The position numbers and the translations under genes are program-made. The notes under the pieces are model-generated. The model had not been told where the DNA came from. It saw only the letters and a program-made list of their open reading frames with translations, and did no database searches. A stretch of 61,785 nt of DNA, the filler included, from Rhabdomonas costata (lineage: Eukaryota): assembly GCA_019059605.1 (NCBI GenBank). It is 19 parts of 19 records of this genome, joined end to end, with 100 filler letters (N's around TTAATTAATTAA, not from the genome) between each part and the next. Parts side by side here need not be neighbours in the genome. Positions count along the whole stretch, not along the records: positions 48,879 to 52,031 come from JAHMHO010001277.1; positions 52,132 to 55,283 come from JAHMHO010001278.1; positions 55,384 to 58,531 come from JAHMHO010001279.1; positions 58,632 to 61,785 come from JAHMHO010001280.1; 15 more parts are not named here. The stretch is one strand, 5' to 3'. Shown one piece after another: positions 49,329-61,053 of the stretch. Position 1 is the first letter of the stretch. Each line of letters starts with the position of its first letter.

Positions 49329-51925
49329 CTTTGAAGGGTACGGCTCAGGTTCGCCACAGCCTGGCTCTGCTCGACCCCAGGGCCCAGCAGGGCCAACACC
49401 ATCCTGACGCAACAAGACACCACGAACGAGAATTGCTCGGGAGGGGCACGTCGAGGGAAAAGCACTCTAGAAGCCCAGTCAGCGTCAAAGGAGCTTCTCA
49501 GGTGCATTCATTGATCCACATCGGACCGTTCATGTGGTTGTCAGTTGATGATTCGATGATGATTCGAAGAAAGGCACCATGAAACGCAAATATGAGGTCG
49601 GGGACCGTCACCAAGACCCGAAGAAGCCAGATCCGGAGTGGTGTTTGGAGATTTGCATTGCTGGGGAGTTGCACACGACACACCACACACGCACACACAC
49701 ACACACACAGTGCACACCTGCGTTGGTCTCCGAAGAAACCCACGCGCAGCTTGCAGTAGTGTAGACAGACATGAACATCCCAGCGCTCGTCGCTGGGGCA
49801 CTCCACTGTATTGTGGTGCTGCACTCGGGAGCGCAGCTCGTTGACAGCGCCAAGGGCACCCCCGGCACTGTTCTTCGGGAATAGCCCCACTGCTCCCGCA
49901 CTGTCGAAGAAATCCTGAGAAAGCAAAGCGGACCGATTCGCAGCTCGTGAAAACAAAGGGTGATACGGGTCAGGACAATGGAAAAATTCTCCAATGGCGT
50001 AGCTGTATGAACTCAGAGAATGGAATGAAAAGCCAACATGCGAGCAGAAGGTTGTTCCGGATGCCACACTCATGTGCCTTACTGCACCTGTTCCTGTTCC
50101 TGTTCCTATATGTCATCCAGGACGTCAATGCTCGTGGCGGTGATGACTGTGGAAACGCCGCGACTGTGCGTTGTGTTCAGTTGATTTGTCACTTGCGCCG
50201 AAACCAAGAAGAGTGCGTCGGTAACTGTGACGAGCTATTCAGCCCTGCTGTGATGCGGGCTGCTGAACTCGAACGCGGCGAGGGCGACTTCGAGATGAAT
50301 GCAAGCGAGAGAGAGCCCAAAGGGAGAGCAGTAAGTAGAGACAACGCGGGCATAGCTCTTCAATTGCACTGCACATTGAGGATTGAATACGTAGTACTTC
50401 TTAAAAGTGAAGTGAGTGGAGGCAAGGGGCAACATTCCAAGCTCCCGCCAAACTTCCGGCAAATCTCCCCCAGCATGCACAGGTACTGGCTGTAGGCCAC
50501 GAAGGACGCTGAGTTCCCCTGAATGGGAAGAAGCAAACAGAAGAGAGGTCATCCCGCACGCACAAACCCCACCGCGCCTGAATCCCGCGACAGCTTCAGG
50601 GCAATAGAGCCCGAGAGTCACAGCAGCCCCGACAAAAGACTACTACTCAGTCGAAGTCTGCATCACTGCATGTGCGCGCAGGGGTGCGTAAGTGAGGTGG
50701 AAGAGATCGTGTGAGCTCCCATTCCAAACTACCATTCCAAAGTTAATCCCAACAGCCCCCCTCCCCGAATCACGAAGCTGCAAAGGCCGCATCTCGATGC
50801 ATGCGTGTACGTATCCCCCCATCACACACAGAATCCAACGCACACAACCCAGGACCAACCTTCCCAGCCATGGACAGGTGGGGAATCCAGCTCAGGTCGG
50901 CATACAGCACGCACAGTGAGAGGTCCCGGGCAGGGTTTCCCACAAGCTCCTCCAGGTGCTGCACACCCACGACCTGCAGAGGGGGGCGGGTGAAAGGGGA
51001 AAGAGGGCACAATGACCGCATACCGGGTAAAATCAGACTGAGGCGGGGGATTCACGGAGCACGAGCCGAAAAGGACCCTCCCATAAGGTGGACCTACACT
51101 TAACCAATACCTTCATCAGTTGGCGTGGAACGAAACGCTCGCTAGCCTCTTTCAGGGAGGTCAAGGAGCGGAACTCGCGGGCGTTGTCCAGGCACACCCC
51201 AACCTGCGCATAGCATTAAGAAAACAGTCCGGAAGGTGGAGGAGCCCGACCACACTATCATCAGTAAGGTAGGCCGGGCTTCAAAAGAAAGCAGAACCAA
51301 CATCGGGTATGCAGCTAAGCGGTGGTACCGTACAAGCATGCAAGGGGCAACTGGGACAAGACAGTTCGGTTTATTTATATGCGTTCAATCCGTATAACCG
51401 CAATTGAATCCACTCTGCCTCTGCATCCACAGGAACTCAAGGTCTGTTTGGTCACTCCCAAGCTAGCTTTTGTTTTTCTTTGCACTTCTGGCGCAGCGGT
51501 AATGTCTGAAAGGCAGCAGCGGATAACCTGAGTGGAGAACGTCTGCATCCCCCGGACCCGCGGAGTCGTGAAGACCCCCGTGAACTGGTAGTTCTCGCAA
51601 TAAATGACGTTGGTCACAATTCCCTGCAATCAATAGCACGCAAGTAAAAAGACAATCCGTCTCTCCCAACTCACTGTTGCAAATGCTTCTGTTAAAAAGT
51701 TTAGGACGAAAAGAGCTGACCCACAAAATAGCTGCCCTTCCGCCGCAGTGCAAATGCGAGGTGAGGACGCCAACCTTCTGCACCACTGGCACGCACAGGA
51801 TGCACTTCGGGTGGCGCTCAAGGCAGTAAGGGTGACTGGCCAGGCGGATGTCCGACTGCATGTCGTTCAGCACAAAGCAGTTGCGGGTCCTCACCACGGC
51901 CTCAAGGGCGGCAATGCACAGGTAC
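49329..51925 (-). CDS. GAF + class III nucleotide cyclase-like protein, partial (exons 51925-51775, 51623-51528, 51203-51111, 50973-50860, 50518-50438, 49914-49718, 49403-49329)
   Basis: PKCILCVPVVQK/GIVTNVIYCEN..GVFT..Q/VGVCLDNAR...ERFVPRQL / VLYADL / YSQYL..ICRKFGGSL/DFFDSAGAVGLFP..VHVCLH..VGFFGDQRR/MVLALLGPGV is collinear with bacterial GAF-adenylate/guanylate cyclases; phases are consistent. Confidence 0.82.
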
Positions 51926-52588
51926 CTGCACGGCAGTGATGATGCGGTGGCACACGGCACAATGCCAGGCGCATCTCACCCGTTTGTGCTCGAGGCAGAT
52001 TGTGGTGCCGCACTCTAACTTCTCACCAACCNNNNNNNNNNNNNNNNNNNNNNNNNNNNNNNNNNNNNNNNNNNNTTAATTAATTAANNNNNNNNNNNNN
52101 NNNNNNNNNNNNNNNNNNNNNNNNNNNNNNNGTGTTGGTGTGTTTGGGGTGGTTTGGGTTGGGTTGGGTTGGGTAAAGGTGTTGGATCAGAAGTTGTGTG
52201 CATATCTAAGGAGGGAACATCATCATTTTTCAATGTTTGGGTGCATCCCTAAAATGAGTCCACGGCAACAAACTCTGATTATCCATCACCAGCCACCACC
52301 AATGGTAACCTCAAGTTTGGCTGCTTGCCGAAATGCATTGCTTTTTAACGTTGTCTTCGGTAAACAGTGACAACAATGAATATTATGGTTTTAGTAATTT
52401 TGAATAGAAACACTCCTCTGGGTTGAAGTCGATCTGGCTTCGTTGGTAGACGATCTAGAATGGCTTCTCTTGCTGTGTTCTCGGGGGGGGGGTGTTGGAG
52501 CCCAGCGGGAAGAAACGCGAGTTTTTCCCCAGAAAAAACTCACCCGGGACAAGTATGTGTGTGTTTTTGAGTGCGTGCGTGGTTGCAG

Positions 52589-55283
52589 GTGGGGATGCCG
52601 AGTGTGCGGTGAAGCAGAACCATGCCGTGGTGCGGTACGACTACGAGTACATCGGGAACTCCGGGCGGCTGGTGGTGACCCCGCTGACGGATCGCTGCTA
52701 CATGACCCTCACCACTGCCCTACAGTTGCACCGCGGGGGGCTGCCCCAGGGCCCTGCAGGCACGGGGAAGACGGAGACGGTGAAGGACTTGGGCAAGGGT
52801 ATCGCGAAGTACGTCATCGTGTTTAACTGCAGCGATGGGCTGGACTACCAGAGTATGGGGAGGATGTTCTCCGGGCTGGCGCAGACTGGGGCCTGGTCGT
52901 GCTTCGATGAGTTCAATCGAATTGAGGTGTGCCCTCGCAAATCCCACAGGCGTGATGTATGTAGTAAAGAAGAGGCAGCGTAGAACACCTTGTACTGCAC
53001 TTTGTGGAGAATATCGTCCCCTAACGTACATCGTTGTAATTCCTCCATTTGAATTTCGACTTGGAACAAATAAGAGACAGTGAAGCAGGAAGTGTGGATT
53101 CGCGCTGTCGCTGTCTCCTTTTCTCAGGTTGGGGTTCTATCCGTGGTGGCGCAGCAGATTCTGAGTATCCTGACCGCCATTGCGCAGCTCAAGGAGCACT
53201 TCGTGTTCGAGGGCCAGGACATTCCTCTGAACAAGACCTGTGGCATCTTTGTCACGATGAACCCCGGCTACGCCGGAAGAGTGCGTCCGCCTGAACCATC
53301 CCTCCACCCCACTTCACGTTCCTCATTGATCCCTTGCTCCCAAGTCCCAGGAGGCTCATTCCATTTGCTGAGTCTCTCGGGGCGAATTGACTTGCGATAA
53401 AATTTTGAGTTGTAAGTAAGAATGAACGGGCCAGGGGACCGTATACGTCTCCAGATTGACTGCCCATCCGATGGTGACAGGGCTGCGCAAACGGAGTTTG
53501 CGCAGACGAAGTGGGGCTGGAGCCGCCTCTGCGTTGCCATACTTCCCTTCTGAAGTGTGAGATTGTTTTCAACACACGCAAGCGCCCCCGGAAAAACAAA
53601 AAACAAAAACAAATGGGGACTTCGTCAGCGACACGACAGAAGCAGCGCATTGTTATTTGCACGAAAGTTTCTGTTCAGGTTTCTTCTCTCTCTCTCTCTC
53701 GGTTGATTCACCAAATGCCACTCTCTTTTCCTATAGTCTGAGCTGCCGGACAACCTGAAGGCCCTGCTGCGGCCTGTGTCCATGATGGTTCCTGACTTCT
53801 CCCTTATCTGCGAGATCATCCTGCTCAGCCAGGGTTTCCAGGACTCCGAGAACTTCGCCCGCAAGATCGTGATGCTGTACGAGCTGATGGACAAGCAGCT
53901 CTCCAAGGCTCTACTACCCTTCCCCTTCCTTCTCCGAACCCTTGTTCTCTTCCTCTCCTCTTGGCTAGGTACTCACCATGTGTCTGCTCTCTTGGATCGG
54001 TCCTTTGTCACTTTACAGTCCTCTATGATTCTCCACCCACCCACCCACTCCGCACGAAGTGAAATGTCAGAGGTTTGGAGCAAATGTTCCTCGTATTGTC
54101 ATTGGACTCTAAGTGATTGCGCGCGGAAAAGTATACTGATGCAAATCTGCAAACCTATGCGCGCTTTTATTCACCTTCAACTCTGACCTACTTTTTGATT
54201 GACTCATTTTCCCAAGATCATCATTCCTACCTTCTTCCCAACCACAGGTTGACCACTACGACTTCAGTCTGCGCAACCTCAAGGCCGTGCTGGTTCAGGC
54301 CGGGAACCTCAAGAAGGAGGCCAAGGAGGACGCCAACGAGGAGGCCCTCCTGCTGAAGGCCTGCAGCAGCATGAACCTCCCGAAGTTCGTGCGGGACGAC
54401 GTCCCACTGTTCCTGGGGATGCTCGGGGACCTCTTCCCAGGTGTGGAGCAGGAGGACGCCGGGCTGGTGGAACTGCGGAAGAAGGCCACGGAGGAGCTCG
54501 CGGAGACCAAGATGCAGTTGCTGCCGCACAGCGTGGAGAAGGTGGTGCAGCTGTACGAGGTTTGTACCTCCCCACAGGAGCCGATAGATAGATGATGCGT
54601 GCGTAGTTTGGAGTAGGAGCGGGCGGCTGATCCGGGGACGTATTGGGAGATATGATGATGATAACTGTGGGGGTCTGCTTGAAACACACGTTGCCTGTTT
54701 CACCCATTACAATCTTCCAAGGTCGAGAATACCCCTTTGTTCAATGCGATGATGGGACTGACATTCCCCCCCCCCGGCCATTATACCATGGACACCTCGA
54801 TGTCTTTGGGACTGTTGTTTTCCTGTCCTCCTTGCATCACCATGTGCCGCTATCCGAGACCGCCCAGTGATTAAAATTTTTTATAAAAATGTTCCTGGGC
54901 GGGCGTGAACATGCCACTAACAGAAAACAGAATATAACATGGAGGTGGAAACCCAGCAGTACATCCCACCATCATGTTTACCGCTGGTAAGCCTCATTAC
55001 GACCGCCTCTCCTCCTCCCCCTCCCCCGCACCTTCCGTTGCACCGTCTTCCTTTTTTTTCCCTTTTCAGACCCAAAACACTCGCCACGGGGTTATGGTGG
55101 TGGGCATCACGGGCAGCGGGAAGACGGTGACCTGGAAAACCCTCCAGGGTGCCCTGAAGCGCCTGAAGGACGAAAGCGTGGGCGAGTACGAGAGCGTCCG
55201 CAGTTACCTCATCAACCCCAAGGCGATCACCATGGACGAGCTCTACGGCACCTACAACTTAGCCACCCGAGAGTGGCACGACG
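52589..55283 (+). CDS. DNAH2: Axonemal dynein heavy chain (DNAH2/I1-beta-like), AAA1-AAA2 region (exons 52589-52926, 53128-53280, 53737-53907, 54248-54559, 55070-55283)
   Basis: [104 protein letters not shown]; intron 3 is GC-AG. Paralog assignment is from recalled motifs only. Confidence 0.95.
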
Positions 55284-56987
55284 NNNNNNNNNNNNNNNNN
55301 NNNNNNNNNNNNNNNNNNNNNNNNNNNTTAATTAATTAANNNNNNNNNNNNNNNNNNNNNNNNNNNNNNNNNNNNNNNNNNNNTTTTGATTTGATGATTA
55401 TGCGCGTGGATGTATGTCTGGGTCTGATGATTTGACTGCTGTGGTTTTTTCTCCCTGCACGAAACAGATCGTGAAGGATGCAGAGGAGGAGAGGTGCCTG
55501 CCATCCTTTTTCTGTATTATTTTGCTTTGCGATAGTCGCCAGACACCTTGTCGAGGGCCGCAGACGACCTTGACATATTTACTTGTTCTCCTCCTCTCAA
55601 TTGAATTTTTGTGCCGTTTTGATATGGAGTACGCGCTCGCTTGCCATTGCATCGTTGGTTCCTCTTCAGACCCATGTCTCCTTCACCGCCACTGCTGTGT
55701 GCGATTCGTGCCGTTGCCATTGCTTTCTTGCCAGCGCCAGGAATATGGCTGCAACATTGTGTTTGCAAACGTGTGATGATACCCGTGGTACCCGTGTGGT
55801 GGATGTTACCACCGATTGTTCCCTTTGTGCGGCGGCCTTCTTCAGGTTAGTTGGCTACTAATCAGAAGCGAAGGTGCTCTACATCTTTCTTTGCAGCTCG
55901 GTCTCCGCACTTAATATGGTATTCCATGGTGGCGATGATCCGGAAAAACTGTGAAAAACTGCGGTGAGGCAGCCCGTGAAGGGATTTTGGCATGTGAACC
56001 GAGGTGCGTTGATTGGATCTCTATCGGAACGATCGTTTGCTTCAACAGAGGTCAGAATGAAGACACCGCTCCCCATTCTTTGCTTTTAGGTAATGGGTTG
56101 TGACAGTAATATTGAGAAACAGGTACCACTTTCTTTTAGTCATCCGCCATTTGGGACTCTGGAAATTGTTGGCTGCTGGGGCGCTATTCTGTATAACCTG
56201 TGGAATCTGTGATGCGCAAACGAAATGAGTACTATGATTTCTTCGCGGCTCACGGAATATTCTGAGCCTTCCGATTGAATACAGATTTTGTCCGCACGTG
56301 ACCCACTGCATACTCTCGCTCTTTTGACCGCAGATTTGAACTTTCAACGGTGTCGGTTGGGAGTTGGGGTATCGGTTTGGGTGTGTTGGGCTGGTGGTTG
56401 GGGTGGTGAGCAGCAATGGGATTCCTTCGCTTTTCGGAGGAATACTTTGAGAGAGCGGCGGTGAAGTTGGACAAGTACTTTTCGCTCAGCGAGAGGCATG
56501 CCTTGAGAATAAGTTGTTTCCGGGCTTTCTGAACCATCCACCCAACATTTCTTGAAATACTGAGAATTCCTTGAAATAAGTTATGCGGATAACGTTCAAG
56601 GTGGGGCGCTAATGTTGTCTCTGCTTCCCTCCGTTGCCGAGCGTGTCCCTTGGAGATGGTTCATTGGGCTCGGCATTGCACCTGAAACATTGCCTTTTGC
56701 GGTAAACAGGTCGCAGGCGTTTGTTGTGGTTGAATTCAGCTGGTCTCTCCACCCATCCTTGCACATTCCTACCCAACCTTAAATGAGCTAAAGGAACCAG
56801 CACTTATTCCGAACTTGCTTGTTCATCGTTTGCCCTGTTTTTTTTTGGGGGGGGGGCTGACGCACACATCACCCCCTCTCCGCCCATCTCAACCTGTCCA
56901 CCAAACGTCTCAATACACGTGACATCGCCCAGTGTTCAAAGTCCGGCACTCAACACACTATCCAAACTCGCACCTGCGCGCCTGCAG

Positions 56988-57684
56988 AGGGACCGATGTG
57001 CGCACGGAGCTGCGGAGCGGAGTCACGACCTTTCTGACGATGTCCTACATCCTGTTTGTTAACCCTCAGATTCTGGGGCAGACAGGCACACGCCCACCCG
57101 TGCCCCTGGGTGGTCCGGTTCAGTCAATCGGTCAAGGTCTTACCCTCCAGCAGCAATATTGGCGCGACCTACACACACATACATGCCATTTATAAGATAG
57201 TGGACGGGTGTTTGCTGGAAGGAGGGTGCAGTTCACTTTCCAAGTGCGCTAAATCAGAGACAGTTTTAGGCCGGAGCAGCGCCTCTCTCTTCTGACTACC
57301 GGCTCACACCTGGTGATAAAAAACAAAAGGCCCGGAGTGGAGTCACATTTTCAGTGCGTCCCTGCATCTTTGAGACGGGGTTATTTTCCTCATCTGGAGA
57401 AGGGCCAGAAGGGCCTCCCGCATGCCTCTGACATGAAGTAATGCACACGAATAGCCGAACCAAGCGCAGCGAAGTGTGTATTTATTCTTCAATATGTGCA
57501 GGGCTGGGAAGTCGCAGCGTGGCAGGCGCTACAGCGGTGGTGTGTGGGCTGGGCACGTTGAGCCTGGGGCTGTGGGGCAACCTCCCGTTGGCGATTGGCC
57601 CGGGAATGGGCCTGAACACGATCTTCGCCACGATGTCCGCCCACATCCCCGTGGAGCAGACCCTGGCAACTGCTGCTCTCGCTG
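56988..57684 (+). CDS. azgA: AzgA-like (NCS2) adenine/guanine permease, partial (exons 56988-57085, 57502-57684)
   Basis: RGTDVRTELRSGVTTFLTMSYILFVNPQILG and GLWGNLPLAIGPGMGLN are family signatures; joined by a GC-AG intron. Confidence 0.9.
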
Positions 57685-58631
57685 GTCCTCCACCGCCGCT
57701 GGCAAAAGAGACATAAAAATGCATAAAGAGGAAACTGTTAGACGCTGTCCGACTCACCTGCAGAGCAATCATCTTCTGTTGAAATCCAGAGGACACGTTC
57801 ATCATATGCTGCAATGTTTTCCTTGACGCAATTTGATTGATATACCTTGATCCTAATTTTCACACGCTTTTTTTCCTTTTTTTCTCACGCTTTTTTGCTT
57901 ACTTTGCCTTACTGTGCTTTTTGTCTCGGGCACTCCCTTTTTCCGCGCTGCGTCGCTGAGTCCGAAAACTGGAGGGTTGCTGGGGTTAATTCTCACTGAT
58001 TTCTGGCTCTTGTTTAGATCTGCGGTGAGGCTGCTCAGAAGATCACACTGATACATGTCGTCAGGTTCTGGGCTCTGGGTTCTGGGCGCAAAGCGGTCAT
58101 TTTGGTGCCTTAACACCTCCGACGAGTGAGGCCGCACTACCGGTTCTAAGCGTGCTCAATTTTCTGAACTGGTGGAGGGGAGGGATGCATACGGCTGTTA
58201 GGGGGCTTGCTGTGCCTGGTGGCCGTGTCGCGGACCTGCGCGTGGCTGATGGCGCGGTACCCTTTGCCACTAAAGACTGCTGTGATGGTGGGCATTGGCC
58301 TTTTTCAGGCCTTTCTCGGAGCCCAGCAGATTGGGCTCGTGGTGCCGGACTCGACGTATGCGCCCTAACCTTGTTTTCCCCCTTCCCCTCCCAGCGCAAA
58401 AAACCTCAGCGTCAATGCAGTTAGCAGCTTCCTTTTCTCATCGCTGGAGTGCAGGCTGGTCAGCTGCGGGCGACCGAAGTCCCAACCAGTTGCTAATTGC
58501 CAGGCCCCAAACACCCAACCACACCCACCACNNNNNNNNNNNNNNNNNNNNNNNNNNNNNNNNNNNNNNNNNNNNTTAATTAATTAANNNNNNNNNNNNN
58601 NNNNNNNNNNNNNNNNNNNNNNNNNNNNNNN

Positions 58632-58792
58632 TTGTGGTGGTGGAAGTTGGGCTGCTCCAGCGCGGCGTTGACCACATGGGTGACCCCGAAGCTCCTCAGG
58701 AGGTCCAGGTCGGCCGCGCCCTCGCGGTCGCCGAGGTAGAGCTGGCCTTCAATGATCGGGGAGACAGACGGGCATCCGGTGTCGAAGAACAT
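58632..58792 (-). CDS. Dual-specificity phosphatase, second tandem copy, 3'-truncated
   Basis: MFFDTGCPSVSPIIEGQLYLGDREGAADLDLLRSFGVTHVVNAALEQPNFH is nearly identical to the copy starting at 60724. Confidence 0.85.
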
Positions 58793-60017
58793 CGTCTCCG
58801 AAAGTGAGAACGAGAAAACGAAATGAGTGTGAGAGTAAGATGTGTGGAAGGAAGGCAGAAAAAGCGTGTGAGCTCGTGGGACACAAAACGCAACAAAAGC
58901 ACAATCTGTTCAGTCGAGGCGAGGCATCTGAACGTATTGCTCGCAACAACCTTTCGCTTTCCAGAGTCTTTTCCCATTTTCCCACGGATAGTCGCCTGAC
59001 CTCCAAAATAGCGCCATAGCTTCAGTATGCTGCTGTTTTACGAACATTCAGTCTCAACCCACAACTGCAACTGCAACTGGAGGTTCGCTCCGTCTGGGGA
59101 CACAAAACCTCAAACATGTCGAGGCTGCAGCCAGGATGCAAGCCAGGGTTACTTGGGTGCGAAGGCATGCCATGAAGCGAGGAACATCTCCCCTGGCACT
59201 CGTATCGGGTCGGGGAGGGGGTATTATCTCGAAAACGTCATTACAAGGAATGACAACATGAAACTATGACACGTCCCACAAGAATACAGTTTAGCAATCC
59301 CCCCCTTCCAAAGTGCCCCTCACTGCTATCCACGGGGACACTGGTATCCCCGTGTCCCCCCCTCCCTTGACAATTTCGCGTTGACCCCATCTCACGGGTC
59401 CCAGGAGCGTCAACAAGGACCCCCCTCCTACATTGCGAGAATCCGTCTTCCGCACAGTAGCACGTTATTGAGCATAGGGCATTGCCGCGCTGTCCACGAG
59501 GCCCAGTACATGTGATAAAAGAGGATAAAAGAAAAGGAAAAGCGAGCGCTCACTGAACGCAAGCGATATCTCCGAAGTGAAACCATTTCTCAGAAAAAAG
59601 CCCCCAAGAATGGTCCCAGAATTGCCGGCAACTCGCACCTCATTAGGAGCGCAGTTCCCAAGGGTGGGTCACCAAATCCAGAGGCAGACTCACAGCACCC
59701 AAAAAGGCGAACAAAAAAGACAGCGCAAATTGAAGGAGCAGCCTCTGGCAGGCCCCTGCCGCTCACTCTCCCAAAGAAAGTAGTGAGTCAAGTGAGCTGA
59801 AGCGTCTCCTCCCATACTCCCCGTCTACATACTCCACGTACACATACATCAAGCATGACAACTCTGGTAGCTGCCAGTGGCCACTGTGGGTGGGGCCCAT
59901 CCAAACCTCCCTGACCCCAAAGTGCTCCTGCACACGCTGCAAAGCAGCTATTTCAAAACCGTCGGAGAAACGGGAACAAAAAAGCGGAGAGCACAGAAAA
60001 GGGGACAAGACAGTGGG

Positions 60018-60724
60018 TTATTCCCGCATCGGTTGCACGGCATCTGCACCGCCCACGTCGCTCTCGTCCAAGCAGAGCTCCATCCCGGCCTGCCTACGCG
60101 GCTCTGAACATCTGAATGGACACTTGTCGGGAAAGGTCTTCATGTCTTCGCACTCATCACTCTTCTTCTGAAAGGAACAGATAGCAAACATTTTCGGTGG
60201 TGGGGACAGTAAAACAAAAATGGGCATCCGCTTTTGGTCCCTCTTCGAGATAAGGAGCAGGATGACCCCACCTGATGGACGAACGCGGAGAACGCCTCGA
60301 GCTTCCGCAGCTGCCGAAGGAAGCCCCAGTTAGGACGCACGCAGGGCCGCAATTCTCGCGTTTTCGCCAAGGCGTCGTCCAGGCTCATTCTTTGGGTCCT
60401 CATCAGGAACGCCACCACAATACTGACCGAACGACTCTTACCCTGCAAGCAGTGCACGAACACCACCCCGCCCTGGTCCAGCGCTTCCTGAATGAACGCC
60501 AACGGGCCCTCGAACTCGATAGTTTCCGTAGCAAAGTCTAAAAGATTACAGTTGTAGTACTCCAGGTCGTCGGGGTGGAAGTTGGGCTGCTCCAGCGCGG
60601 CGTTGACGACGTGGGTGACCCCGAAGCTCCTCAGGAGGTCCAGGTCGCCCGCGCCCTTGCGGTCGCCGAGGTAGAGCTGACCCTCAATGATCGGGGAGAC
60701 CGGGGGACAACCGTTACAGAGCAT
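60018..60724 (-). CDS. Dual-specificity protein phosphatase (exon 60724-60272, probable second exon 60167-60018)
   Basis: LYLG, GVTHVVN, VFVHCLQGKSRSVSIVVAFLM, RPCVRPNWGFLRQL; intact CX5R. Confidence 0.93.
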
Positions 60725-60904
60725 CTCAAGAGAGATGCAAATCGGGTCGGAAGTTGACAGACACTAAAGAGAAGTGCAGCTGCACGGCGGATGATAAGTG
60801 CAGCTGCTTTGGAGAAAGTTGTAAAAGGGGAGCACCAAAGAGGCGTGTCATCTAGTTTCGTTTGTCAATGCGAAAGATCTCGGGGCAATAATAGATACCG
60901 GCCA

Positions 60905-61053
60905 TCACAACGTTTTTGACAACACGTGAATGAGTGCACCGAAAAGCTGCAAAAAAGGCCAGCGCGGAGTGGACAGCCAACAGCCTCACAACGTTTTTGA
61001 CAACACGTGAATGAGTGCACCGAAAAGCTGCAAAAAAGGCCAGCGCGGAGTGG
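60905..61053 (+). repeat. Direct repeat of 68 bp x2, period 81
   Basis: TCACAACGTTTTTGAC...GCGCGGAGTGG at 60905-60972 and 60986-61053. Confidence 0.95.

Noticed and set aside
52132-52173. Telomeric repeat (TTGGG)n
   Set aside because: Short, irregular and matches the primer-like tails on other contigs.
55500-56300. piggyBac transposase remnant (IPQVIQ..., WRMTKRKWYLFLNITV)
   Set aside because: The diagnostic YN..MGGVD..D motif was not found; similarity too weak.
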